From Spirochaetes bacterium ADurb.BinA120 (lineage in GTDB: Bacteria > Spirochaetota > UBA4802 > UBA5368), in contig MVZN01000001.1 in assembly GCA_002069125.1 (NCBI GenBank), positions 5,909 to 69,908 on the forward strand: DNA of 64,000 nucleotides, in the 5' to 3' direction. The notes under the pieces are model-generated. The model was given only the letters and a program-made list of their open reading frames with translations. It was not told the DNA's origin and ran no database searches. Below are positions 20,841 to 30,334 of the stretch, in pieces. A program made the position numbers and the translations under genes. Numbering within the stretch: position 1 is the stretch's first letter; every line of letters starts with the position of its first letter.

Positions 20841-22016
20841 ATGACGCCTATACTTGCGATATTGTTTTATATAACGTTTCCGGCGCTGGTCCTGTACTTG
20901 TGCCATAGGTTTCCCGTTCTCGAAAAGCTCGGTGCGGCCCTCATCTGCTTTGTCACCGGGATGGTGCTGGCGAATATAGGCGCCGTTCCGGCCGGATTGG
21001 GAGGCGTCCAGAAGATAATAATGTCGATATCGGTGCCACTGGCCATCCCTCTTATGATCTTCCCGACAGATATACGAAGATGGACCGGCATGGCCGGTAA
21101 AAGCCTTCTTTCGTTTTTTATCTTCGCGCTATCGTTGATACTTGTGGCGGCTGTCGGATATGTCATATACGCCGGAACAATTCACGAAGCCCATAAAATT
21201 GCCGGTATGTATGTCGCCGGATTTACGGGCGCGACAATGAATTTTATGAGCGTGGCCCTTGCCCTGAAGGCGAACCCCGAGACGATAGTAGTTGCGACTG
21301 CGGCATCATGGTTTATCGAGATTTTCTGGCTGCTCTTCATGATGTTTCTGGGGCAGCGAGTAATAGGCCTGTTTTTAAAGCCTTTCGATTTTCAGAAGGG
21401 GGGTGGCCAATCCATTTCCGACGAAGCCGAAGCGGCCTGCGCCGGTGAAGATGCCGGATTCGACAGCTATGCCGGCATTTTCGGCAGGGAGAAGTTCATT
21501 CCGATGCTTGCGGCGTTCGGCATTTCTCTTGTAATATTCGCAATAGGGACCGGACTTTATTACATTTCACCCGAAGAATACAACATGACGGTCCTCATGC
21601 TTGCCGTAAGCACGCTGGGAATATGCTGCTCTTTCTTGCCACGAGTGAGAAAGATTGAAATGTCGTACCCGCTAGGCCAGTATATAATCCTGATCTTCTG
21701 TATTACGATAGCAACAACGGTGGATTTTTCCGAGCTTTTAAAAGCCTCCGGGAATATTATTGTTTACACAATACTGGTTATTTTTGGGTCGACCTTGTTG
21801 CATATTATCATCTGTAGGCCGATTGGCATAGACAGGGATACCCAGATAATAACCGCGACTGCTGGCATTTTTTCTCCGGTTTTTGTACCGGTAGTCGCAA
21901 GCTCCCTGAAAAATCGGGAGGTGATCGTGGGGGGGCTGGCGGCCGGTATAATCGGTTATGCAATCGGCAACTATCTCGGCATCACAACCGCGTATTTTTT
22001 TAAAGCCTGGCTGTAA
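20841..22016 (+). CDS. DUF819-family integral membrane protein
   Basis: About 11 TM helices. AGGAGGA RBS. Confidence 0.55.
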   Translation: MTPILAILFYITFPALVLYLCHRFPVLEKLGAALICFVTGMVLANIGAVPAGLGGVQKIIMSISVPLAIPLMIFPTDIRRWTGMAGKSLLSFFIFALSLILVAAVGYVIYAGTIHEAHKIAGMYVAGFTGATMNFMSVALALKANPETIVVATAASWFIEIFWLLFMMFLGQRVIGLFLKPFDFQKGGGQSISDEAEAACAGEDAGFDSYAGIFGREKFIPMLAAFGISLVIFAIGTGLYYISPEEYNMTVLMLAVSTLGICCSFLPRVRKIEMSYPLGQYIILIFCITIATTVDFSELLKASGNIIVYTILVIFGSTLLHIIICRPIGIDRDTQIITATAGIFSPVFVPVVASSLKNREVIVGGLAAGIIGYAIGNYLGITTAYFFKAWL

Positions 22017-22047
22017 ACGCTGTTAACAGCCGGGGGAAGGGGGCACC

Positions 22048-22446
22048 ATGCTTCGATTGGCCGTCTCGCTCGCCCTCTGCGGCGCTATCGCGCTCGCGAG
22101 CGGCGCGCGCGCACAGGAATATCAGGACATACCGCTTGCCGATATCGCGGCGAACATCACCGCGTACAAGGGGAAGACGATCACCCTGCGCCTTAAGCTT
22201 AAATACATGGATACTGTGTTCAACCGTCTGGTTTTCTACGACCGCAAAAATATCGATGTGGAGTTCGATGTCGAACATATAGCAAAAGACCGAAAACGGG
22301 CTCCGGCCTTCCTCAACCTGCACGGTGGAATGGAATACCTTGTGACCTTCAGGGTCATCGATGTCGGAAAGATGGGCCTGGTGATGGGCGAGCTCGAGGG
22401 CTTCGTTCCACTGGTCCTTTACAAGCTCCCATCGGGAAATGGGTAA
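22048..22446 (+). CDS. Hypothetical secreted protein
   Basis: Signal peptide MLRLAVSLALCGAIALASGARAQ. RBS GGGAAGGGGG. Confidence 0.5.
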   Translation: MLRLAVSLALCGAIALASGARAQEYQDIPLADIAANITAYKGKTITLRLKLKYMDTVFNRLVFYDRKNIDVEFDVEHIAKDRKRAPAFLNLHGGMEYLVTFRVIDVGKMGLVMGELEGFVPLVLYKLPSGNG

Positions 22447-22453
22447 AACAAAA

Positions 22454-22481
22454 GGCAGAATAGCTGGGCGGCTATTCTGCC
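22454..22481 (+). terminator. Candidate hairpin terminator (weak U-tract)
   Basis: Perfect 11-bp stem GGCAGAATAGC-tgggcg-GCTATTCTGCC immediately after the stop of the 22048 gene. Only TTCC follows. Confidence 0.35.
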
Positions 22482-22636
22482 TTCCATACAAGACTTTTAC
22501 GCGCAGTGCCAGGATGGTCAATACAACAATAATCGGGAGGGAATTGCCATATTGATATCCTGTAAGACTATCGGCCGGTCGCTCCGATAACTTTAGCGCT
22601 TTTCGTTTCGATCAATGGTTTTTTTTGGTTTTTGTC

Positions 22637-22664
22637 TTGACATTGTTGTTTGTTTTGCTAAATT
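22637..22664 (+). promoter_or_regulatory. Sigma70-like promoter candidate (TTGACA-16nt-TAAATT) for the OmpA-like gene
   Basis: TTGACA at 22637-22642 and TAAATT at 22659-22664, about 54 nt upstream of the ATG at 22718. Confidence 0.45.
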
Positions 22665-22717
22665 CTTTTAAAAGGCGAGGGCCTTGATATCAGATGAAAG
22701 GAAGGAGTAGGGACGAA

Positions 22718-23215
22718 ATGAGAAAATTAACCGTTATCGTTTTTATCAGCGTTATCGCGTTCGCATTTGCGTGTGGAACGACCCCCGAGGTAAAACAGGA
22801 TGTAGCGCCTGCGGGTTCCATTGTGAACGTCCAGAACGAGCAGCTCGCGCGTATTCCCGTGGAAGGTTTCGACTACAAGAGCTCCAAGGTCCCGGCGCAG
22901 AAATGGGACAAGTGGGCTACCGCCGCCGCCCCTGTGGTTAAGGGCGTCATAGACAAGCTTCCCGAGGGATATGTACTCCAGGTTACCGGACATACCGACG
23001 CCCGCGGACCCGAAGGCCCGGTAGGCGCGAAGCCCGGAAATAAAAAGATATCCACCGATCGCGCGAAGGCCGTTCACGACGCTCTGAGGGAAAAAGGCAT
23101 TACGTCGCCCAAGATGACCTACAAGGGCGTGGGCTCCTCCGAGCTTATCCCCGGTGTCGATCCCAACGATGCCCAGCAGCGCCGCGTAACCTTCAAGGTA
23201 GTGCCGCAGAAATAG
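22718..23215 (+). CDS. OmpA/MotB C-terminal-domain lipoprotein (peptidoglycan-associated)
   Basis: Lipobox-like AFAFACG. OmpA-C motifs VTGHTDARG...STDRAKAV. RBS GGAAGGAG. Confidence 0.75.
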   Translation: MRKLTVIVFISVIAFAFACGTTPEVKQDVAPAGSIVNVQNEQLARIPVEGFDYKSSKVPAQKWDKWATAAAPVVKGVIDKLPEGYVLQVTGHTDARGPEGPVGAKPGNKKISTDRAKAVHDALREKGITSPKMTYKGVGSSELIPGVDPNDAQQRRVTFKVVPQK

Positions 23216-23333
23216 CGCGTTACGACGTTCGTATGCGCATAACTTCATGTTTAGTCTGGGAGGCGGGGTGCATCGACCCCGCCTCTTTTGTTTTTCCCCT
23301 TCAACCACATGCCGGTCCGGCTGGAGACGACTC

Positions 23334-24266
23334 ATGAAATCCGGCATAGGGACAGTCGTCAAGGTGTTCGGCATGTACTCAGCCGTGCTCTTCGAGGGCA
23401 TGCGGATCAACTGCGTTTTGCGCGGGCGCATGCGCCGTGAAAAAGGGGCGAGCGCGTTCTCCGACCCTGTAGCGGTGGGCGATCTTGCGAGGATCGAGCT
23501 CGGCGCCGACGGCTCCGGGGTGATCTCCGAAATCCTCCCCCGCAGGAATTCATTTTCCCGCAGGGAAAAGGGGCGCGCCAGGAAAGAGGACGTAATAGCG
23601 AGCAACCTGGACCGAATAGTCATCATCCAGTCATTCGACAGCCCGCGGCCCAACCTCCGTTTCGTGGACAGGCTTTCGGTGCGGGCCGGCAGGGAGCGCA
23701 TTCCGGTACTGCTGTGCGTCAACAAACGCGACCTGGCGCGAAAGGAGGACGTCGCCGCGGTGATGGAATATTACGATAACGCCCCCATCGACATCGCCTT
23801 TGTTAGCGCTCGGACCGGCCGGGGGATGGAGGAATTTAAAAACTTCATTGCGGGGGGGGCCTCGCTTTTCGTGGGCTATTCGGGCGTCGGCAAGACGAGC
23901 ATTTTAAACCGGCTGTATCCCGGGCTGGACCTGCGCGTCGCGGAGATATCCGAAAGCACGGGGAAGGGGAGGCACACCACCACCAATGTCGAGATGATCC
24001 ATTCCGCGGACGGCACGAGGATCGTGGATACGCCTGGCCTGCGCGAGTTCGGCCTGGCCGGCATAGAGCCGGAGCGCGCCGGCGATTATTTTCATGAATT
24101 CGGAGAACTGGGCCGGGAATGCGCGTTTCGTCCCTGCAGTCACGATCACGAGCCGGACTGCAGGGTGAAAAGCATGGTGGACGAGGGGAGGATATGCGAG
24201 GACCGGTACATCTCGTATCTCAACATACTTCATTCACTGCGGAATGACCGTCAGAGGAGATATTAG
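23334..24266 (+). CDS. rsgA: Ribosome small-subunit-dependent GTPase A (RsgA/YjeQ)
   Basis: Circularly permuted GTPase (NKRDL ... GYSGVGKTS ... DTPG). C-terminal zinc-finger cysteines CAFRPCSHDHEPDC. Confidence 0.8.
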   Translation: MKSGIGTVVKVFGMYSAVLFEGMRINCVLRGRMRREKGASAFSDPVAVGDLARIELGADGSGVISEILPRRNSFSRREKGRARKEDVIASNLDRIVIIQSFDSPRPNLRFVDRLSVRAGRERIPVLLCVNKRDLARKEDVAAVMEYYDNAPIDIAFVSARTGRGMEEFKNFIAGGASLFVGYSGVGKTSILNRLYPGLDLRVAEISESTGKGRHTTTNVEMIHSADGTRIVDTPGLREFGLAGIEPERAGDYFHEFGELGRECAFRPCSHDHEPDCRVKSMVDEGRICEDRYISYLNILHSLRNDRQRRY

Positions 24267-25000
24267 TGATTGCGGCGAGAGGGGTGCGCCTGGGTTTCGG
24301 CGGCCGCATGGTGCTCGATGGGGTCGAGCTTGCCGTGCCCTGCGGCGGACGAACGGCCCTGTTGGGAAAGAACGGATGCGGGAAGTCGGTTCTCTTGAAA
24401 TGCGTCGCCGGTTTGATCGATGAATTCGAGGGGGAGATTACGGTCGGCGGGGTAGACGCCCGCCGCAGGGCCGGCGCGAGAGAGGGCGTGTCGCTTGCCT
24501 ATGTGTTTCAGAAAGGCGGGCTTTTCGATTCGATGGACGTCTACGACAACGTCGCCTTCGGTCTCCGGCGCAGGGGCGTGCCGGAGGACCGCGTCGGGGA
24601 GATCGTCGGCGGCGCCCTTCGAAGCGTCGGCCTTGAGGGGAATGAGCGAAAGCTCCCATCGGAACTTTCCGGCGGCATGCAGAAACGCGTGGGGCTTGCG
24701 CGGGCCGTTTGCCTCGAGCCAGATATCATACTTTACGACGATCCGACCGCAGGCCTCGACCCCATCCTCTCCGACTCCATCGCCGATCTAATCCTCGAGA
24801 TATCCGAGGGTTCTTCCGCCACCTCGATCATAGTGACGCACGATTTAAAGCTCGTCGAAAAGGTCGCGCTCGACGTGGCGCTTATGTACGGCGGGCGCAT
24901 ATCGTTTCGTGGCGCATGCGGGGACTTTTTTTCCAGGGAGGATGGATACGCACGCCAGTTTATCGAAGGCGAAACAGAGGGCCCCATCGACATCTATTGA
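24266..25000 (+). CDS. ABC transporter ATP-binding protein (MlaF-like), no adjacent permease
   Basis: Walker A GKNGCGKS, signature LSGGMQKR, Walker B IILYDDPTAGLD. GTG start overlaps the rsgA stop. Confidence 0.8.
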   Translation: MIAARGVRLGFGGRMVLDGVELAVPCGGRTALLGKNGCGKSVLLKCVAGLIDEFEGEITVGGVDARRRAGAREGVSLAYVFQKGGLFDSMDVYDNVAFGLRRRGVPEDRVGEIVGGALRSVGLEGNERKLPSELSGGMQKRVGLARAVCLEPDIILYDDPTAGLDPILSDSIADLILEISEGSSATSIIVTHDLKLVEKVALDVALMYGGRISFRGACGDFFSREDGYARQFIEGETEGPIDIY

Positions 25001-25097
25001 CCGGCGGCTTCGGGGTTTCCTCACCCATTTCGTTTCGCGCTTGCCCGCCCGTGGCCGGGGTGCTATAAGCGCATTTATAAGCTAATGAGGGCCGGGG

Positions 25098-25412
25098 ATG
25101 ATGGGCGAGGACAGAAGAAGGAGTCGGCGCGTGCCGGGAGAAAGCGGATTTTACCGCATGTCCCCCGACGCACGACGAAAGGTGCGATGCTCGCTCAAGA
25201 ATATCTCGGTTACGGGCGCGTGCATCGTTTCCAGGGGCAGGCTCGCCGCAGGCGAGGTCATTTCCCTCTATCTCGAAAGCGGCGCCGGACGCGCCCTTAA
25301 GTCGCGGGTGGTCTGGGAAATCGCCGGCGAATACGGCGTGGAGTTCCTGCTGGATTCAAACGAGGAGTTCGAAACCATCAGCAGAATCATCAACAACCGC
25401 CGGATTCGATGA
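25098..25412 (+). CDS. PilZ-domain protein (c-di-GMP receptor)
   Basis: RRRSRR (RxxxR) and NISVTGACI (D/NxSxxG) PilZ motifs. Confidence 0.65.
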   Translation: MMGEDRRRSRRVPGESGFYRMSPDARRKVRCSLKNISVTGACIVSRGRLAAGEVISLYLESGAGRALKSRVVWEIAGEYGVEFLLDSNEEFETISRIINNRRIR

Positions 25413-25723
25413 GCGTGCCGGCCCGGCGGGGGAGGCATTCAAAAGAAAACAGCGCCGCGGGCCCGGTTCGATAGTTTCTTATTGACAATTTGATTTCGAC
25501 GCCGTAGCGTGCATACTTTGTCCGGCTTGGCGGGGCATGGCTGAAATTCCATAAGGCAAGCTCTAATTATCAAGTTTTCCCGCCCGCCTTCGGCGGACGG
25601 AAGACGTAAGTACTGATTTTGCCGGTAGTTACAATTTATGGAAATCTTGAAAATTTAATTTTTAAGGGTTCCCATAAGCATATCTTTGATTCCATAATGG
25701 GTCTAATGGCCCGGGTAAAGGCG

Positions 25724-26761
25724 ATGAAAACGATGAAGGTTGAAAAAGCGAATCTGGACTGGAGTGAACTGCCCTTCGGGTATGTTAAAACCGACTACAA
25801 TGTCCGGTATTATTACAGGGACGGAAGCTGGTCGGAGGCCGAGCTGTCGGCCGACGAATATCTCCCCATGCACATGGCGGCCCCGTGCCTGCATTACGGC
25901 CAGGAGGCCTTCGAGGGGCTTAAAATCTTCGAAACGGTGGACGGGCGAATAGTCGCCTTTCGCGTGGACGAGAACGCCAGACGCCTGCAGCGGAGCTCGG
26001 AGCGGATTATCACTCCGATAGTCTCCGAGGAGATGTTCCGGGATGCGGTGCACAGGGTGGTTAAGGCGAACGCCCGCTTCGTGCCGCCTTACGGCACGGG
26101 CGCCAGTATGTACGCCAGGCCTCTCATCATAGGGACCGGCGCGCGAGTGGGCCTGGGACCCGCGGACGAGTACATCTTCCTGGTCTTTGTAACGCCGGTG
26201 GGCCCCTATTACAAGGGCGGATTCAAGGCGGTCAAGGCCCTTGTGGTCGAGGAATACGATCGGGCGGCGCCGCGGGGAGTGGGCGACTGCAAGGTGGGCG
26301 GCAACTACGCGGCCGGTCTGCGAGGAGAGATTTACGGCAAAAAAAAGGGCTATCCGGTAGTGCTGTATCTCGACCCGAAGGAAAAAAGGTACGTGGACGA
26401 GTTCAGCACCTCGAATTTCATAGCGATAAAAGGGAACACCTACATAACCCCGGATTCCGAATCGATACTTCCAAGCGTAACCAATAAGAGTCTGGCCAGA
26501 ATCGCCGAAGACATGGGGATGAAGGTCGAACGGCGCCCTGTCGACATAGCCGAAATCGAAGGCTTCGACGAGGTCGGGGCGGTCGGAACGGCGGCGGTCA
26601 TCACCCCGGTCAATACCATACATTTCAGGGGTAAAGACTACAGCTTCGGAAACGGCGATCAGCCGGGCCCGGTCCTTACAAAGCTTTACGACCGTCTCTC
26701 GAAGATACGCACCGGCGAGGCCGAGGACAAGTTCGGCTGGCTCGACGAGATTGTGCCGTGA
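25724..26761 (+). CDS. ilvE: Branched-chain amino acid aminotransferase (class IV, long form)
   Basis: YGQEAFEGLK, FRVDENARRLQRS and CKVGGNYAAGL motifs of BCAT. Start chosen at MKTMKV, so the N-terminus is uncertain. Confidence 0.8.
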   Translation: MKTMKVEKANLDWSELPFGYVKTDYNVRYYYRDGSWSEAELSADEYLPMHMAAPCLHYGQEAFEGLKIFETVDGRIVAFRVDENARRLQRSSERIITPIVSEEMFRDAVHRVVKANARFVPPYGTGASMYARPLIIGTGARVGLGPADEYIFLVFVTPVGPYYKGGFKAVKALVVEEYDRAAPRGVGDCKVGGNYAAGLRGEIYGKKKGYPVVLYLDPKEKRYVDEFSTSNFIAIKGNTYITPDSESILPSVTNKSLARIAEDMGMKVERRPVDIAEIEGFDEVGAVGTAAVITPVNTIHFRGKDYSFGNGDQPGPVLTKLYDRLSKIRTGEAEDKFGWLDEIVP

Positions 26762-26805
26762 CGATTTCCCCTTAACGCGGCCCGGGGTACCGGGATTCGA
26801 TTAAC

Positions 26806-26836
26806 AGTTCAAAGTTCAAAGTTGAAAGTTGAAAGC
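26806..26836. repeat. 7-bp microsatellite (GTTCAAA/GTTGAAA x4)
   Basis: cagttcaaagttcaaagttgaaagttgaaagc. Confidence 0.8.
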
Positions 26837-26845
26837 TAGAATCGG

Positions 26846-26945
26846 CCATCGTCCACAAGGGGCTACAGCCCCTTGCCCTGTAATAAGGTGATCATTTGTA
26901 GAATCTGGCTAATATCTTCGGAGAACAAGGGGTTGTAATCCCTTG
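26846..26945 (+). repeat. R2 element (about 100 bp) with hairpins GGGGCTACAGCCCC and AAGGGGTTGTAA
   Basis: Second copy in reverse orientation at 63210-63311 (about 85% identity by eye). Confidence 0.8.
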
Positions 26946-26989
26946 CGATTACACGGCGAGCATATAAGGCCTTTCCGTAAATAATCCTA

Positions 26990-27320
26990 CCGGCACTCGG
27001 TATCGGAAAAACCCCCTCCGGGGGTGGCGCAGCGCGCCGGGGGATAACAGTCGAAAATTGAAAGTTCAAAGTTGAAAGTTGAAAGTTTAGCCATCGGTAT
27101 CGGCAAACCCCCCTCTGGGGGTGGCGCAGCGCGCCGGGGGATAACAGTCGAAGGTTGAAAGTTCAAAGTTGAAAGTTTAGCCATCGGTATCGGGAAAACC
27201 CCCTCCGGGGGTGGCGCAGCGCGCCGGGGGATAACAGTCGAAAGTTGAAAGTTCAAAGTTGAAAGTTTAGCCAACGGTATCGGCAAAACCCCCTCCGGGG
27301 GTGGCGCAGCGCGCCGGGGG
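26990..27320 (-). repeat. Tandem array of four about 90-bp R1 units (reverse orientation): core AACCCCCTCCGGGGGTGGCGCAGCGCGCCGGGGG plus heptamer linkers
   Basis: Units start near 27001, 27091, 27181 and 27271, differing by only a few bases. The last unit is truncated. Confidence 0.9.
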
Positions 27321-27508
27321 CGTTGAGGTGGCCGGCCGCGCCACCGGGCTATAAATTTAACACAAATCCGTTAATAAGTACAGGTTTCTTTCTTGACACC
27401 CGCTTGCTCAGGGCGTTTCAAATTAGATACCGTCATGGCCCGGCGGATTCTGGCCGTGACTCATGTTCGAGGAGGAACGGCAATAAATAGAGGGCACAGG
27501 AGGTGGTT

Positions 27509-28474
27509 ATGGTCAATTTCAAGGAACTCGGTCTGGTCAACACCCGCGAGATGTTCAAGGCGGCAATAAGCGGAGGCTACGCCATTCCCGCTTACAACTT
27601 CAACAACATGGAACAGCTTCAGGCGATCGTCATAGCGTGCGCCGAAACCCGCTCGCCGGTGATTGTACAGGTCTCCAAGGGGGCGCGCGAATACGCAAAC
27701 GAGACCCTTCTGCGCTACCTGGCGATGGGGGCGGTCAAAATGGCGGAGGGCCTGGGCGCAAGCATACCGATCGCCCTCCACCTCGACCACGGCGATTCAT
27801 ACGAGCTTTGCGTTTCGTGCATAGAGAACGGGTTCTCCTCGGTGATGATAGACGGATCGCACCTGCCCTACGATGAAAACGTCAAGCTTACGGCTCGCGT
27901 AGTGGAATACGCCCACCGGTACGATGTGACGGTGGAGGGGGAGCTTGGGGTGCTTGCGGGGATCGAGGACGAGGTCTCCTCCGAGGTTTCGCACTATACG
28001 AAACCGCAGGAGGTGGAGGACTTCGTCGGCAAGACCGGTGTGGATTCGCTCGCCATATCTATCGGCACGAGCCACGGGGCCTACAAGTTCAAGCCGGAGG
28101 ACGGAATACCGAAGCTCCGCTTCGACATACTCGAGGAGATAGAGAAGCGCATTCCGGGCTTTCCCATAGTCCTGCACGGGGCCTCATCCGTCGTCCAGGA
28201 ATACGTTGCGATCATCAACATGTATGGAGGGAAGATAAAGGACGCGCTCGGCGTTCCCGAGGATCAGCTTCGAAAGGCCGCGGCGTCCGCAGTGTGCAAA
28301 ATAAACATCGATTCCGACGGCAGGCTCGCCATGACGGCGCGCATTCGGGAGGCGCTCTCCAAGGACCCGTCGAATTTCGACCCGCGAAAATACCTGGCGC
28401 CCGCCCGCGCTGAGCTTATAAAGATGATAAAGCAGAAAAACACGGACGTTCTCGGCTCGAGCGGCAAGGCGTAA
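27509..28474 (+). CDS. fba: Fructose-bisphosphate aldolase class II
   Basis: YAIPAYNFNNMEQ, HLDHG and GTSHGAYK class II FBA motifs. GGAGG RBS 6 nt upstream. Confidence 0.85.
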   Translation: MVNFKELGLVNTREMFKAAISGGYAIPAYNFNNMEQLQAIVIACAETRSPVIVQVSKGAREYANETLLRYLAMGAVKMAEGLGASIPIALHLDHGDSYELCVSCIENGFSSVMIDGSHLPYDENVKLTARVVEYAHRYDVTVEGELGVLAGIEDEVSSEVSHYTKPQEVEDFVGKTGVDSLAISIGTSHGAYKFKPEDGIPKLRFDILEEIEKRIPGFPIVLHGASSVVQEYVAIINMYGGKIKDALGVPEDQLRKAAASAVCKINIDSDGRLAMTARIREALSKDPSNFDPRKYLAPARAELIKMIKQKNTDVLGSSGKA

Positions 28475-30111
28475 TGCTGAGCAAACCCCAGTTCGAGCTC
28501 GCCATGGCCCTTTTGAACGGAGCATCGAGGGCCGGCGGGGTCGACGAATATTTAAAGGGATGCGTTGAGGCAATCCTCAAGGAGGCGTCCCCGCTATCCG
28601 CGGCGGCGTATATTTCGATTGAATCGGAGGAGAAACTCATTCTGGTGGCCGAGGCCGGCGGCGGTTTCGACGGCTACATAGGCGCCTTCCCCAACTTTTC
28701 CCTAATGGTCCGGCGGGCCATAAAGAAAAAAAACGTCATTTACCTTCCGGCCTCGGAAGCCGAAACGCGCGATGGGCTCGAGGTGATGGCGGTGCTGGTG
28801 CCGCTAATCGGCGGCGACAGGACGATGGGGATGATCGGAATGGTCTTCGATATTGGCGAGCTCTTACGCCAGAAGCAGAACGTCAACTTCTACCAGCTTT
28901 CCGGGAGGATTATAGGCTCGTCGGCGTTCTTCAGAGAGCGGATAGCGGAACTCGAGGGCATGGAAAAACTCGGTCCGGAGGAGATGCATTCGGAGAAGAT
29001 ATCGAGCCTTGGGGTGCTGGCCTCCAGCCTCGCGCACGAGTTCAACAATATATTCGCCGTAATTCAGGGCTATACGGAGCTAATCAACATGCAGAGCCCC
29101 GAGTCCAAATCCATACAGAGCGCGCTTTCTGTCATAGACAGCCAGACGGACCGTGGCGCGCGGCTCATCGAAAGCCTCAATGTATTCGTAAAGGGGCGCG
29201 ACGCCAAGTTCCAATACCAGCCGCTCGGCGAGATTGTGAGTGACGTCGTATCGATGCAGAAGTCCGTAATCGAAAGGGAGGGCATAGATCTTGTGCTGAA
29301 AAACGGCCGGATCCCCAGGGTCCTTGCCGACCGCGAACAGATCAAAGAGGCCATTCTCAACGTGCTGCAGAACTCGATCCACTCGATAGACCGGGAAACG
29401 GACGGCAGAATAGAGATCTCCACCGAATACGTGGACGAAAAGGTGGTGCTGACCGTAAGGGACAACGGCTGCGGAATGACGCGCGACCAGGTCGACATGG
29501 CGATTCATCCCTCCATGAGTGGGGCGCGCCCGGCGGACGGGAGCGGGGGCGGAGGGGCCACGGGCCTGTGGCTTGCGGTGGCCTACGGCATCATGAAGAG
29601 CCATGGGGGGCTGCTCACCATAACGAGCGAGGAGGATTGCGGCAAGGAGATCGGACTGGTATTCTCCCGGACCGAGCTTGGCGAAGACAAGGGGGCAAGA
29701 TACGAGCAGAGCGGGATCGTCTTCTTCGGCAACACCCGTATCCTGATAGTCGACGACGAGGAACCCATCCGCGAGTTCCTCTCACGCGCATTCGACGCCG
29801 CGGGCTATCAGGTGATAGCCGTATCGAGCGGCGAGGAGGCGGTGGAGATGTGCGGATTTGAGGACATCGACATCGTGTTTCTCGATTATCTGATGCCCGG
29901 AATCAAGGGGGACAGGGTTTTCGAGATGATAAAAAAGGAGAGCCCCGCGACCGATATCGTTTTCATCACCGGAGTGGATGAGATCCCCGGCCTAAACCGC
30001 CTGCTCGACCAGGGGCTGGCCTATATTCTAAAGAAGCCGTTTAAGATCGACAAGATCCTTAAAGTTACGAACGATCTGATATACAAGAGGATCAACCAGG
30101 GCCGAGGATAG
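28474..30111 (+). CDS. Hybrid sensor histidine kinase / response regulator (GAF-like N-terminus, HisKA, HATPase, REC)
   Basis: H-box LAHEFNNIFAVIQGY. G-boxes NGCGM / GTGLWL. C-terminal REC ILIVDDE...DIVFLDYLMPG. Confidence 0.8.
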   Translation: MLSKPQFELAMALLNGASRAGGVDEYLKGCVEAILKEASPLSAAAYISIESEEKLILVAEAGGGFDGYIGAFPNFSLMVRRAIKKKNVIYLPASEAETRDGLEVMAVLVPLIGGDRTMGMIGMVFDIGELLRQKQNVNFYQLSGRIIGSSAFFRERIAELEGMEKLGPEEMHSEKISSLGVLASSLAHEFNNIFAVIQGYTELINMQSPESKSIQSALSVIDSQTDRGARLIESLNVFVKGRDAKFQYQPLGEIVSDVVSMQKSVIEREGIDLVLKNGRIPRVLADREQIKEAILNVLQNSIHSIDRETDGRIEISTEYVDEKVVLTVRDNGCGMTRDQVDMAIHPSMSGARPADGSGGGGATGLWLAVAYGIMKSHGGLLTITSEEDCGKEIGLVFSRTELGEDKGARYEQSGIVFFGNTRILIVDDEEPIREFLSRAFDAAGYQVIAVSSGEEAVEMCGFEDIDIVFLDYLMPGIKGDRVFEMIKKESPATDIVFITGVDEIPGLNRLLDQGLAYILKKPFKIDKILKVTNDLIYKRINQGRG

Positions 30112-30114
30112 CCC

Positions 30115-30312
30115 CTACTCGGATTTGACCACGCGTTCGGCCTGAAGGGCCAGGTATTTCACCAGGGTCTTCTCCGGAATAAAGCCGAGATTGACGAGGA
30201 TGATACCCATAAGTCCACCTTCCTTTTTCTGCACTTCGAGCGCCTTGTCGAGCTGTTCGCGGCTTATCTCGCCGTCCTCGAGCAGCATTTCTCCCAGCAG
30301 CGGCTTTGCCAT
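30115..30312 (-). CDS. Stand-alone MshEN / T2SS-E N-terminal domain protein (putative c-di-GMP binding)
   Basis: 65 aa. LGEMLLEDGEISREQLDKALEVQKKEGGLMGIILVNLGFIPE matches the GspE-N/MshEN fold motif. Confidence 0.55.
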   Translation of the reverse strand: MAKPLLGEMLLEDGEISREQLDKALEVQKKEGGLMGIILVNLGFIPEKTLVKYLALQAERVVKSE

Positions 30313-30334
30313 CGGTTTCCTCCAGACTGTTTGA

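Noticed and set aside
26863-27286. ORFs 26863..27069, 26987..27286 and 46835..47164 with proteins such as MPIPLAKLSTLNFQLSTVIPRRAAPPPEG
   Set aside because: These are translations of the tandem repeat units themselves (periodic, low-complexity, same peptide repeated). They are spurious.
26990-27320. Tandem R1 arrays (also 46782-47112) as possible CRISPR arrays, given a cas3 fragment in the window
   Set aside because: The sequence between the conserved cores is itself repeated almost identically from unit to unit, so there are no unique spacers. Units are about 76-90 bp and the same element occurs singly at five other loci. This is a dispersed repeat family, not a CRISPR array.
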